Shown here in pieces: positions 8,489 to 17,623 of a stretch of 37,606 nucleotides of DNA. The notes below the pieces were generated by a model. The model was not told the origin of the DNA. It was given only the letters and a program-made list of their open reading frames with translations, and searched no databases. The DNA comes from Erysipelotrichaceae bacterium. Its GTDB lineage: Bacteria; Bacillota_I; Bacilli_A; Erysipelotrichales; Erysipelotrichaceae. Within the stretch, counting starts at the first letter, position 1. The number at the start of each line of letters is the position of its first letter. The stretch is from positions 1-37,606 of the forward strand of contig JBAVGP010000188.1 in NCBI GenBank assembly GCA_049684955.1, written 5' to 3'. A program made the translations under genes and the position numbers.

Positions 8489-10358
8489 GGATGGCGACTC
8501 CTTTTCGGTTCGGCGTATAGCTTTCGACGACTTTCTGTAATGCTTCGATGATCGCTTCGTCATCCACATCGGGGCGGTCGATCACTTCCTGCAGCAGGTT
8601 CAAGTCATCTTTCACCTTTTCCTGGGAAATACTCAGCGGATGGGCGACGAAGATCATATGGTTCGGGGTGGTGGTGACATCTTCTTTGTTGAGGTGGAGT
8701 TCTTCGTACAGTTTCTCGCCCGGCCGCAATCCGATCTCTTTGATTTGGATGTCGGTATACGGGACATATCCTGCCAGACGGATCATCTTTTCCGCCAGGT
8801 CGATGATCTTGACCGGCTGGCCCATATCCAGAACGAAGATTTCGCCCCCGTTTCCGTAGGTCGCTGCCTGCAGTACGAGCGATACCGCTTCCGGGATCGT
8901 CATGAAATAACGGATGATGTTTTTATCGGTGATCGTCAGCGGTCCTCCGTTGGCGATCTGTTTTTTGAATAAAGGGATGATCGATCCGTTGGAACCCAGT
9001 ACGTTGCCGAATCGTACGGCGACGAATTTCGTCTTCGAATGCGGATCCATCGACTGAATCATCTTTTCGACGAAGCGTTTGGTCGCACCCATGACATTGG
9101 TCGGATTCACGGCTTTGTCAGTGGAGATCGAAACGAAACGTTCGACTTCATATTTGTCCGCGACGCTCAATAAATTGTGGGTGCCGAAGATGTTGTTTTT
9201 GACGGCTTCGATCGGCATGTCTTCCATCAAGGGGACATGTTTGTGCGCCGCCGCGTGGAATACGATCTGCGGATGATACGCGCTGAAGATGCGTTCGAGC
9301 GCCTGGTAATCGCGGATCGACGTGATCAGCGGCAGATACAGGATATCTTCCGGCAATTGTCCGTCGCGCCGCATCATATTGAATTCCATCTGAAGGTCAT
9401 ACAATCCGTTTTCGTTGATATCGATCATCAATAAGGTCCGTGGATGGAGATGGATGATTTGGCGGCAGAGCTCGCTGCCGATCGATCCGGCCGCACCGGT
9501 CACCAAGACTGTTTTGTTTTCCACAAAGACTTTGATGAGATCATTGTCGAGGTTGATGGATTGACGTCCAAGCAAGTCTTCGATCCCGATTTCACGCAAT
9601 GAACGGCGAATCCCTTTGGAAGAGAGCATATCCTGCGAGGAGGTCAGAACCCGCACCTTGCATCCCGTTTCGTAGCACTTTTCCAAAATGTTCTTCTGTT
9701 CCTGCAGCGAAACGCTGGGCAATGCGATGTAGATCATCTCGATTTGTTGGGAATTGGCGACGCCCTGCAGATCCGCGGTCGTACCGAGCACCTTGATCCC
9801 GTTGACTGATTTCCCGACTTTCGATTTATCGTCATCCAAAAAGCCGATGATGCGGTTTTTATAGATCTTGTTGGAGGTGATTTCCTTCAGTAACATCAAT
9901 CCGGCGGCACCTGCCCCGACGATGATCGTACGGGCATAGTCGGTTCCCATCGATTGCGCCTTGATCTGCATCATATTATAAATGCGATAGGAGAAACGCA
10001 GGAATTCCAATAAAAGGATCACGATGACCGCCTGCACCAGATAGATGCTGCGCGGGACCGGCGTGAAGTTCATCGCGAGCAGGATGAGATAGGTGATGGC
10101 AGCCCCAAGCGAGCCAGCGATCGAAATGCTGACGGCTTCATTGACGGAAGCCAGCATGCGGATGGATTTATCGATCTTCATCAGTTTGAAGACGATGAAA
10201 TATACGATGAGAATCAGCCAGATTTTCGAAACGAACACGTTATAGAAATAGAGGACACGGAAAGACAAGTCCATGCGTATCCATACCGCGATGAAATAGC
10301 TGGAAACGACAATCAACAGATCCAACATCATGAGTAAAGCGGATTTAACTTTTTCCAT
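8460..10358 (-). CDS. capD: Membrane-anchored UDP-GlcNAc 4,6-dehydratase (CapD/PglF/WbpM family)
   Basis: 632 aa. It has N-terminal TM segments, then VLVTGAAGSIGSEL, FHAAAHKHVPLME, STDKAVNPTNVMGATKR and RFGNVLGSNGS. Confidence 0.9.
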   Translation of the reverse strand: MEKVKSALLMMLDLLIVVSSYFIAVWIRMDLSFRVLYFYNVFVSKIWLILIVYFIVFKLMKIDKSIRMLASVNEAVSISIAGSLGAAITYLILLAMNFTPVPRSIYLVQAVIVILLLEFLRFSYRIYNMMQIKAQSMGTDYARTIIVGAGAAGLMLLKEITSNKIYKNRIIGFLDDDKSKVGKSVNGIKVLGTTADLQGVANSQQIEMIYIALPSVSLQEQKNILEKCYETGCKVRVLTSSQDMLSSKGIRRSLREIGIEDLLGRQSINLDNDLIKVFVENKTVLVTGAAGSIGSELCRQIIHLHPRTLLMIDINENGLYDLQMEFNMMRRDGQLPEDILYLPLITSIRDYQALERIFSAYHPQIVFHAAAHKHVPLMEDMPIEAVKNNIFGTHNLLSVADKYEVERFVSISTDKAVNPTNVMGATKRFVEKMIQSMDPHSKTKFVAVRFGNVLGSNGSIIPLFKKQIANGGPLTITDKNIIRYFMTIPEAVSLVLQAATYGNGGEIFVLDMGQPVKIIDLAEKMIRLAGYVPYTDIQIKEIGLRPGEKLYEELHLNKEDVTTTPNHMIFVAHPLSISQEKVKDDLNLLQEVIDRPDVDDEAIIEALQKVVESYTPNRKGVAIHVQDNETMD

Positions 10359-10381
10359 TATTCCTTTTCCTCCTGAATTAT

Positions 10382-11746
10382 TTATTTGACCAGCGCTGCC
10401 TGCAACGTCGCTTTTGCGGTATCCAGACTTGTCTTATCCAGCACGACCATATAAAGACTGCGTCCTCCCATGGCATAGGAAGGCAAAGAAGCATCTTTGC
10501 CGGTGACCGTCGATTGATTGAAGGTCCAGCCCTGCATGTTCATGATCTGCATGCGGATCAATGCGAACATTTCGTCGCCGGTCATGTTTGTCTTGACCGT
10601 GCCTTCGACGGATTTGATGATCCCTTGGATTTTAGTCAATGAAGACGGTTGAAGCAGCTTGTTGATGATGCCTTTGAGTACTTCCTGTTGGTTGATGATG
10701 CGTTGCTGGTCGCCTTTCTTGAACGCATAACGGGCACGTGCGACCATCAAAGCGGAGTTTTTATCCAATGTATTCATGCCTTTTTTGAAGGTATATCCGC
10801 CGACGACGAACCCTTCATCGAGATTCACTTCGATCGTGCCTAACGCCGCGACCAGATTCGTGACGGTGTCGAAGCCTACTTGCGCGTAATAATTGACGTC
10901 GACGCCCAGCAGATTCTGCATCGTCTTGATGGCGCAATCCATACCGTAAACACCGGCATGGGTCAGTTTATCCATCGCGGTACGGGTTTTGCATCCCAGT
11001 TGGACATACGCGTCACGCGGAACGGATACCATCGTGATGACATGTTTGATCGGATCCACGACCGCCATGATATTGACGTCGTGGCGGTTGGCTTGGAATT
11101 CATCCCGGTTGTCGACCCCCGCGATATAGATGACGAACGGTTCTTTCGTCACATTCGCCTGTGTTAGGTTGATGATTTCATCGGTTTTCGTGATACTCCA
11201 GATGACTTTGGTCTTGGTCAGGAATTCCGGATCGTATTGTTGGACGGAGGAAAGATATCCCTGGTCGACGGCGAGGATCTTGTAGGTGCCGTCATACAGG
11301 TTCGCGATTCCGTCGGCAATCCCGTCGAACGAAACCATTTTATCGGTATATTTGTTTTCGGCCAGTTTTTCGTCGATGAACGTGACGACTTTATCATCCA
11401 GCAATGTGCTGTAACCGATATTAGCTTTGTTTTTCACCGCGCTTTTGATCGATGTGATCTTCGAATCGATCGGCACGAAGAACGAGATCGTATTGGCGAT
11501 ATTGGGATCGTAATTGATGATCTTCTGGGCGACGAATTCCACATATAAGAGTCCGGACGATGTGATCAACATCAAAATGACGACGAAAATCTGGATCACT
11601 TTACGTTTCCAGACAAGCAAAAGCAATAGGATTTCAACCGCTCCGATTGCGAGAAGATACATCAGCGGTAAAAGCCGGCTGGTCGCCAACGTGAAGACGA
11701 GCAGGACGATCGCGCATGTTTTCATTAATAGTCGGGCTATTCTCAT
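10382..11746 (-). CDS. LytR-CpsA-Psr (LCP) family glycopolymer ligase, CpsA-type (3 TM plus accessory domain plus LCP domain)
   Basis: FVIYIAGVDNRD...NIMAVVDPIKHVITMVSVPRDAYV is the LCP core, and there are three N-terminal TM helices. I trimmed the start to the ATG at 11746 (MRIARLL), preceded by GAGGT. The track start at 11758 is a GTG inside that RBS. Confidence 0.85.
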   Translation of the reverse strand: MRIARLLMKTCAIVLLVFTLATSRLLPLMYLLAIGAVEILLLLLVWKRKVIQIFVVILMLITSSGLLYVEFVAQKIINYDPNIANTISFFVPIDSKITSIKSAVKNKANIGYSTLLDDKVVTFIDEKLAENKYTDKMVSFDGIADGIANLYDGTYKILAVDQGYLSSVQQYDPEFLTKTKVIWSITKTDEIINLTQANVTKEPFVIYIAGVDNRDEFQANRHDVNIMAVVDPIKHVITMVSVPRDAYVQLGCKTRTAMDKLTHAGVYGMDCAIKTMQNLLGVDVNYYAQVGFDTVTNLVAALGTIEVNLDEGFVVGGYTFKKGMNTLDKNSALMVARARYAFKKGDQQRIINQQEVLKGIINKLLQPSSLTKIQGIIKSVEGTVKTNMTGDEMFALIRMQIMNMQGWTFNQSTVTGKDASLPSYAMGGRSLYMVVLDKTSLDTAKATLQAALVK

Positions 11747-11775
11747 GGGATACCTCACATTTTTATAACCGATTC

Positions 11776-11784
11776 ATTATACCA
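11776..11784 (-). promoter_or_regulatory. Candidate extended -10 promoter (TGgTATAAT) for the LCP/polysaccharide operon
   Basis: The minus strand reads ...ggaattgttTGgTATAATgaatcgg..., about 30 nt upstream of the LCP ATG. I saw no good -35 element and no terminator hairpin in the 71-bp whiA-LCP gap. Confidence 0.3.
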
Positions 11785-11829
11785 AACAATTCCGCCATCT
11801 TTAGCACAAATCCCGTTTTTCACAATGTT

Positions 11830-12762
11830 TTACACAATTTTGTCGGCGATTTCCATGATTTTGGTGAAACGATGCTTCATTCCTGACTTCGACATGATCG
11901 TTCCGGTACGGATCTCGTACTCTTCGCAAAGCTCATTCAGACTTAGTTCGGTGAAGTCGATGCGCAGTTCAGCGATCTCGCGCAGCTTCAATTCCAGCAT
12001 TTCCAGCTTTCCGTGCGCCCGCAGTTTTTCGATCGCTTCGATCTGTTTGCGCGCCGCTTCCTGGCTTTTCATCTCATTGGCGACTTCGCAGTTGTCCAGT
12101 CTCGTCAGTGAATTGTGGAAATCACGCTCGATGCGGATCTCCTCGAAATCCAGCACAGCGTTGTTGGCGCTGCACAGGCGCAGGAAATCGCTGATCTTGT
12201 CCGATGCTTTCAGATAGACGACATGCTGCTTGCGCCGTTTGATCGTCTTGGCCGGCAGATCGAAACGTCGCATCAGTTTCTCGATAAATTTGGCATGTTC
12301 TTCTTCCTGCGTCACGATCTCAAGATGATAGTTCGATTTTTGCGGAGAGTTCACACTGCCGGATGCCAAGAAAGCACCGGCGAGATAGGCGCGCGAACCG
12401 CTTTCCTTGGCGACCAGCGATCGGGCAGGATGGGATTGCAGACCCTTGTCCGTAAAAAGGCCCAAGTCCTCCAGTACTTCGCGGACTTGTGAAACCACGG
12501 TAAGCGTATAGATATTGTTTTTCTTGAGTTTCATTTTGCGGATGACCGACAATTCGGTCGGAACTTTATACAAATCCTTCAACAGTTTGAAGATCCGTTT
12601 GGCGGTCGCCGCGTTTTCGGTTCGTATGATCAACTGCATGCCTTCGCTGCTGATCGAAATCGAGGAACAGAGTTGGATCAAGGCGGCTGCCTGGGCGCGC
12701 ATCGCGCCGGTTTCCAGAGTATTCTGGGCGATCTCCGCTTTTACATCGGTGGTAAAAGACAT
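11830..12762 (-). CDS. whiA: DNA-binding protein WhiA
   Basis: 310 aa. It starts MSFTTDVKAEIAQ and has a LAGLIDADG-like middle domain and a C-terminal HTH (ELSLNELCEEYEIRTGTIMSKSGMKHRF). It lies downstream of rapZ-yvcK, as in other Firmicutes. Confidence 0.92.
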   Translation of the reverse strand: MSFTTDVKAEIAQNTLETGAMRAQAAALIQLCSSISISSEGMQLIIRTENAATAKRIFKLLKDLYKVPTELSVIRKMKLKKNNIYTLTVVSQVREVLEDLGLFTDKGLQSHPARSLVAKESGSRAYLAGAFLASGSVNSPQKSNYHLEIVTQEEEHAKFIEKLMRRFDLPAKTIKRRKQHVVYLKASDKISDFLRLCSANNAVLDFEEIRIERDFHNSLTRLDNCEVANEMKSQEAARKQIEAIEKLRAHGKLEMLELKLREIAELRIDFTELSLNELCEEYEIRTGTIMSKSGMKHRFTKIMEIADKIV

Positions 12763-13721
12763 TTCATCGCCTCGCTTTGCATGAGATACTCCATGACATA
12801 TTGGATCTTTTCGGAATCATGGCGGACCAATCCGCCGTCGAAACGTAAAAGTTTCGTGGATATGACCAGATAGGGATGTTCCGTTTCGCCCATCAGGACG
12901 CGTTGCGCATCGGTATCCACATAACGGTCCATGACTTCGGGGGGGATTTCGTCATCCGCGAAGACGACGATGTCGACCGGATTCTCCCCATGTTCCTTGA
13001 TCGCCGCGACATGTTCTTCCATACAGTAACCCGCGGTTTCACCCGGTTGGGTCATCGCGTTGCAGAAGTAGATTTTGACGGCTTTACTGTTGCGTATCGT
13101 ATCGGAGATTTCCCGTATGATGAGATTGGGCAGGATGCTGGTATAAAGCGAACCGATCCCATACAAAATGTAATCGGCGTTTTCCAGCGCTTCAAGCGCT
13201 TGGCGGGTGGCATGGACTTCACGGTCGTAAAACACATTGCGGATCCGGTTGCGCCGTTTCGGGATGTTGGATTCGCCGCGCACAATCGTGCCGTCTTCCA
13301 TCTCCGCGAATAATGTGATGACCTGGCTGGTCGAAGGCAGGATGTCGCCTTTCACATTGAGGACTTTCGAAATCTGCGATATCGCCTCCATGAAACTGCC
13401 GCTAGTCTGCGTCAGGGCGGTCAGAATCAGATTGCCGAGATTATGCCCTTCGAGTTCGGTGGATTCCGGCGAGTCTTCAAAACGGTAGCCCATCAGATTC
13501 GACAAGACACTTTCGCTTTCGGCCAAGGCGATCATGACATTGCGAAGATCGCCCATCGCGGGGATATGGAAACTGCGGCGTAAACGCCCCGTGCTTCCGC
13601 CATCGTCCGCGACCGTGACGATCGCCGTCAGACAAATGCCTTCGATATTTTTGAGTCCGCGCAACATGGTGGCTTGGCCGGTCCCGCCGCCCAAAACCAC
13701 GACGCGTTTCTTCTCTTCCAT
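12741..13721 (-). CDS. yvcK: Gluconeogenesis factor YvcK (CofD-like, UPF0052)
   Basis: MEEKKRVVVLGGGTGQATMLRGLK, TVADDGGSTGRLR and GIGSLYTSILPNL. I trimmed the start to the ATG at 13721, 2 nt after the rapZ stop. The 92-aa Arg-rich N-terminal extension in the track is read-through of the rapZ region. Confidence 0.9.
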   Translation of the reverse strand: MEEKKRVVVLGGGTGQATMLRGLKNIEGICLTAIVTVADDGGSTGRLRRSFHIPAMGDLRNVMIALAESESVLSNLMGYRFEDSPESTELEGHNLGNLILTALTQTSGSFMEAISQISKVLNVKGDILPSTSQVITLFAEMEDGTIVRGESNIPKRRNRIRNVFYDREVHATRQALEALENADYILYGIGSLYTSILPNLIIREISDTIRNSKAVKIYFCNAMTQPGETAGYCMEEHVAAIKEHGENPVDIVVFADDEIPPEVMDRYVDTDAQRVLMGETEHPYLVISTKLLRFDGGLVRHDSEKIQYVMEYLMQSEAMKCLLPPM

Positions 13722-13723
13722 GG

Positions 13724-14575
13724 TCAAGCCCTCACATCCCGATGCTCTCTGTAGACATGATAATCTTTTCCGTAATGTTCGAACAGCCAGTTGGTGATGA
13801 CGACCGAACGGTGTTGTCCGCCGGTGCAGCCGATGCCGACCGTGAAGTGGTTCTTCCCTTCCGCGACATATTCCTTGAAGGCATAATCGAGAAAAGCGGT
13901 GAGTTTCTCTAGGAGTACCTTGGTTTGTTCGGACGCTAACACGTAATCGGCGACGCATGCGTCGTTGCCGGAAAAGGGGCGAAGTTCTTCGACCCAATAT
14001 GGATTCGGCAGAAAACGGACATCGAACAGGAGATCCGCGTCCATCGGCACACCGTTCTTATATCCGAACGAGATGAAACTGATCGAGAACGATGGTTGGT
14101 TCGACATTGCGAAATACTGGTTGATTTTCGACTTCAGTTCGTTGCTTTTCAAAAAGGTCGTATCGATCGTAAGATAGGCCATATCTTTCAAATCCTTCAG
14201 CAATTCGCCTTCGTAATAGATCGCGTCTTCCAACGTCGTCGCCTTGTTGGAGATCAACATCGGATGGGTACGCCGTGTATATTTGTAGCGTCGCAGTAAT
14301 TCGTCGGCGTTGCAGTCCAAAATCAAGACCCGGACATCCATGTCCATACCGTCGAATTTGCGGCGGAACTCCGTGAATTCGTTCAAGTTGGTGGCCATCG
14401 CGATGAAATCATAACGCGGATCGCTTTCCTGCCCCAACATCAATGCGAAGTTATTCAATAGTTTGACCGGAAATTGGTCGATGCAGTGGTATCCCATATC
14501 TTCCAGAATGCCCATGACGCTGGTTTTCCCTGCGCCCGACATCCCGGTGATGAGTAGAATCCGTTTCTTGTTCAT
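13724..14575 (-). CDS. rapZ: RNase adapter / P-loop ATPase RapZ (YvcJ)
   Basis: MNKKRILLITGMSGAGKTSVMGILEDMGYHCIDQFP, FLPNPYW and IGCTGGQHRSV. I trimmed the start to the ATG at 14575, preceded by GAGGTG. Confidence 0.9.
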   Translation of the reverse strand: MNKKRILLITGMSGAGKTSVMGILEDMGYHCIDQFPVKLLNNFALMLGQESDPRYDFIAMATNLNEFTEFRRKFDGMDMDVRVLILDCNADELLRRYKYTRRTHPMLISNKATTLEDAIYYEGELLKDLKDMAYLTIDTTFLKSNELKSKINQYFAMSNQPSFSISFISFGYKNGVPMDADLLFDVRFLPNPYWVEELRPFSGNDACVADYVLASEQTKVLLEKLTAFLDYAFKEYVAEGKNHFTVGIGCTGGQHRSVVITNWLFEHYGKDYHVYREHRDVRA

Positions 14576-14593
14576 GGCGTTCACCTCGTGTTT

Positions 14594-14622
14594 ATTCTAC
14601 CACGCACCCGGGCGTTTCACAA
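14594..14622 (-). promoter_or_regulatory. Candidate sigma-A promoter for rapZ-yvcK-whiA (TTGTGA-17-TAGAAT)
   Basis: The minus strand reads TTGTGAaacgcccgggtgcgtggTAGAATaaacacGAGGTGaacgccATG. The spacer is 17 nt and there is a TG at the extended -10 position. The predicted leader is very short, which lowers confidence. Confidence 0.35.
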
Positions 14623-14635
14623 CTGACACGGGCAG

Positions 14636-14659
14636 TAAAAAAGGCGACGGGTGTCGCCT
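14636..14659 (-). terminator. Rho-independent terminator after the DJ-1 gene
   Basis: The minus strand reads AGGCGAC-ACCC-GTCGCCT followed by TTTTTA. The stem overlaps the TAG stop at 14658-14660. Confidence 0.6.
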
Positions 14660-15221
14660 AACGTTTCGGATGAGCCAGCGTAAACAACATGGCTTTTTTC
14701 AGGGGTTCGCTCTTCAATCCCAAGGCGTCGACCAATGCGTAAGCGAAGTGGAAGACCGTCCCGACCCCACGGCTGGTGATGATGTTGCCGTCGCGTACGA
14801 CCAGATCTTCCTGGTAATGCGCACCTTTGAAGATTTCGTATTGATTGTCTGTCGGGTAGGAAGTGACGTTGATATCTTCAAGGATCCCGGCTTTCGCCAA
14901 TACGGCAGGTGCCGCGCAGATTGCGGTGACGAATTTCCCCAGATCGCGGAATTCCCGTACCATGCCGAGAACACGCGGATCAGCCGCCAGATTATTGGTT
15001 CCCGGCTGGCCGCCCGGTAAAAACAAGAGATCGTAGTCTCTCAGATTCGAATTCCAGGTCCGGTCCGCGGTAATCGTGATCTTGTGGGATCCAATGACCG
15101 TCCGGTTTTCACCCATCGATACCAGATCGACGATGCATCCCGCACGGCGAAGTACATCGATGGTCGCGATGGCTTCTGTTTCTTCGAAACCATCCGCCAA
15201 TAGACAAATGACACGTTTCAT
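14658..15221 (-). CDS. DJ-1/PfpI family protein (ThiJ/YajL-like)
   Basis: 187 aa. MKRVICLLADGFEETEAIATIDVLRRAG, LFLPGG and the nucleophile-elbow motif AICAAP. There is a GAGG RBS 6 nt upstream. Confidence 0.85.
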   Translation of the reverse strand: MKRVICLLADGFEETEAIATIDVLRRAGCIVDLVSMGENRTVIGSHKITITADRTWNSNLRDYDLLFLPGGQPGTNNLAADPRVLGMVREFRDLGKFVTAICAAPAVLAKAGILEDINVTSYPTDNQYEIFKGAHYQEDLVVRDGNIITSRGVGTVFHFAYALVDALGLKSEPLKKAMLFTLAHPKR

Positions 15222-15245
15222 AGTTGGCCTCGCTTTCTTTGATGG

Positions 15246-16175
15246 TTAAATCTGAACGAATTCTTTGATATAGTTGAAAGCCATCTGGGCTGCGACAGCT
15301 CCGTCGGCAGTCGCCGTGACGATCTGACGCAACGGTTTCACGGTGACATCCCCCGCGGCATAGATGCCGGGAATGCAGGTCGACATTTTTTCGTTGACCT
15401 GGATGTAGCCGTCTTCGGTGCAGATGCCCAGATTTTCAACGAACTTGGTGGATGCTTTCGCCCCGATATACGGGAAGATGCCGTCGCACTTCAGATCGAT
15501 CATTTCTTTGGTGTCAACGTTCTGCAGACGGATGCCGGTGACTTTTTTATCGACATTCAATACTTCGATCGGAATATGCTTGCGGAGCACTTCGATTTTC
15601 GGATGGGCCAGCACCGCTTTTTGCGCCATCAGATCACCGCGGAAGACATTCCGCCGGATGACGATGGTGACTTTGTCGGCGAACTGGGTCAGATACAGCG
15701 ATTCTTCCAGTGCCGAATTGCCTCCGCCGATGACGACGACTTCTTTTTTCTTATAGAAGGCTCCGTCGCAGACGGCACAGAAACTGACGCCGTGTCCGAT
15801 GCATTTGGCTTCACCGGGGATATTCATCTGGTTTTCAACGGTTCCGGTCGCGATGATGAGGGCGCGGGTTTGAAATGTCCGTCCGTCTTCGGTGACGACT
15901 TGCTTGATTTTCCCGTCGATCACTTCTTTGACTCCGGTATATTCGGTCTCGATTTCCAGTTTTTCGGTATGCGCAAGCATCTGCAGCGCCAAATCGACGC
16001 CGGAGATGTTCGGATTACCCGGCCAGTTGTCGATTTCGAAGGTTTTGACCAGTTTGCCGCCCGGCGCGGAGTTCTCGAACATGATGACTTCCAATCCTGC
16101 CCGTTTGGCGTAGATCGCCGCGGTCATGCCGGCCGGACCTGCGCCGACGATAACTATGTCGTAGAGCTTGTCCAT
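15246..16175 (-). CDS. trxB: Thioredoxin-disulfide reductase
   Basis: DIVIVGAGPAGMTAAIYAKRAGL, the redox-active CAVCDG, VVVIGGGNSALEE and GIYAAGDV. It has an AAGGAGGA RBS. Confidence 0.95.
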   Translation of the reverse strand: MDKLYDIVIVGAGPAGMTAAIYAKRAGLEVIMFENSAPGGKLVKTFEIDNWPGNPNISGVDLALQMLAHTEKLEIETEYTGVKEVIDGKIKQVVTEDGRTFQTRALIIATGTVENQMNIPGEAKCIGHGVSFCAVCDGAFYKKKEVVVIGGGNSALEESLYLTQFADKVTIVIRRNVFRGDLMAQKAVLAHPKIEVLRKHIPIEVLNVDKKVTGIRLQNVDTKEMIDLKCDGIFPYIGAKASTKFVENLGICTEDGYIQVNEKMSTCIPGIYAAGDVTVKPLRQIVTATADGAVAAQMAFNYIKEFVQI

Positions 16176-17614
16176 GAGATGTCCTCCTTCAGTATGGCCG
16201 GTATTTCCGACAATTTTTCGATGATTCTATTCGGTTTCGAAGCGATCAGTGTTTCTTTGCGCTCCGCGTTGAAGATCAATCCGATCGAGTAGACGCCGCC
16301 GTTCTGCGCAGCCAATACATCGGTCGCGGAATCCCCGACATAGACGACGCTGTCATGTCCGACACCCATTTCACGGCAGGCGTTGAAGATGCCTTCCGGA
16401 TCGGGTTTGTGTTTCTTGACTTCGTCATGTCCGATGATCGTTTCAAATTCATCCTGCATGCCGAATTGAGACAGACCCAATAAGCAGACTTCTTTTTTCT
16501 TCGAGGAGACGATCCCCACGCGATATCCTTCGGCTTTCAATTGTTCGATGACCTCTTTCGCGCCGTCGATGATCGAGACATGGGTCGGATGGAATTGGAT
16601 GTTGAGTTCGCGGTAGCGTTGCATCGCTCCTTCGATTTCTTCCGTTTTGAGATATTTCGCGAAACCTGTGTTCAAAGTCGGCCCAAGAAGTTCAAGCAAT
16701 TCTTCCTGGCTGACTTCCAACTCTGGACGATATTCCTTCAAAACCTGGGAATAACTCGCCAGGATGGCTTTTTCCGTATCCAGCAACGTTCCGTCCAGAT
16801 CGAACAGAATGACGGGTTTCTTCGCTTTGAAGAGCTTGTGGTAAACCCCCAGCATGCCCAAGGTTCCGATCAGGATGAAGACGACCGAGGTCACTTGCGC
16901 CGTCCTGAATCCCATGAACATGAGACTGTCGGTGCGCAGTCCTTCAACCCAGAAGCGGGTGATGCCATACCACATCAGATAGGCATACACCAGATCGCCG
17001 CGTTTGCGGGATTTCGTGTATTGCGCGTAGACGAAATAAATCAGGATGAAACCCAGGATATTCAATGCGCTTTCGTAAAGGAAAGTCGGCATACGATAGG
17101 ACCCTTCGATATACATCATGTTCTTGATGAAGGACGGGAAATATTTATAGAAACTTTCGGAAACGACGCCCCCGTAGGCTTCCTGATTCATGAAATTGCC
17201 CCAGCGGCCCAATGCCTGGGCGATCAGGATGGACGGCACGATCGCGTCGGCCAAGCGCATGAAACTGATTTTCTTGCGCCGCAAGAACCAATAGGCGAAG
17301 AGTGCTCCAAGCACCAAACCGCCTTGGATCGCCAATCCGCCCTGCCACGTCATCAGGATTTCCAACGGGTGGGCCAGATAATAGGAAGGATTATAGAATG
17401 CGACATACCAGAGACGCGATCCGACGACGCCGGAAAGCAGACATCCGAAAAACAGATCGTCGATCAGACTGTCGGGGTAACCGAGTTTCTTGATATTGCG
17501 GCCGGATACGTAATACGCGGCGAACGCACCGGTAAGAATCAGGACCGCGTACCATTTGATCGCGATCGGACCGACTTCAAGGACGGTCGATACATCCGGA
17601 AAAAATTTCATCAT
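16154..17614 (-). CDS. lgt: Fusion protein: prolipoprotein diacylglyceryl transferase (Lgt, aa 1-~260) plus HAD-superfamily phosphatase (PpaX/Gph-like, aa ~267-486)
   Basis: Lgt part: WYAVLILTGA, GRWGNFMNQEAYG, YESALNILGF and WYGITRFWVEGLRTD. HAD part: the linker YHKLFKAKK is followed by PVILFDLDGTLLDT (motif I, DxDGT), VSSKKK (motif II), K-HKPDPEG (motif III Lys) and YVGDSATD (motif IV). This is a single uninterrupted frame of 486 aa. Confidence 0.85.
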   Translation of the reverse strand: MMKFFPDVSTVLEVGPIAIKWYAVLILTGAFAAYYVSGRNIKKLGYPDSLIDDLFFGCLLSGVVGSRLWYVAFYNPSYYLAHPLEILMTWQGGLAIQGGLVLGALFAYWFLRRKKISFMRLADAIVPSILIAQALGRWGNFMNQEAYGGVVSESFYKYFPSFIKNMMYIEGSYRMPTFLYESALNILGFILIYFVYAQYTKSRKRGDLVYAYLMWYGITRFWVEGLRTDSLMFMGFRTAQVTSVVFILIGTLGMLGVYHKLFKAKKPVILFDLDGTLLDTEKAILASYSQVLKEYRPELEVSQEELLELLGPTLNTGFAKYLKTEEIEGAMQRYRELNIQFHPTHVSIIDGAKEVIEQLKAEGYRVGIVSSKKKEVCLLGLSQFGMQDEFETIIGHDEVKKHKPDPEGIFNACREMGVGHDSVVYVGDSATDVLAAQNGGVYSIGLIFNAERKETLIASKPNRIIEKLSEIPAILKEDISWTSSTT

Positions 17615-17623
17615 TGAATCCTC

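Noticed and set aside
12741-13997. N-terminal extensions of several track ORFs: the 418-aa version of yvcK, and the upstream starts of fnlA, fnlC, the SDR, the sugar transferase, the LCP gene, rapZ, hprK, uvrB, ctp, GH36, the M23 gene, ftsE, the sigma factor and the anti-sigma factor.
   Set aside because: The extensions are Arg-rich or overlap the preceding gene. Where I checked the codon (LCP, rapZ, hprK, uvrB, M23, ftsE), they begin at GTG or TTG with no RBS. In each case a downstream ATG (GTG for the anti-sigma factor) with a Shine-Dalgarno at 4-9 nt coincides with the conserved family N-terminus.
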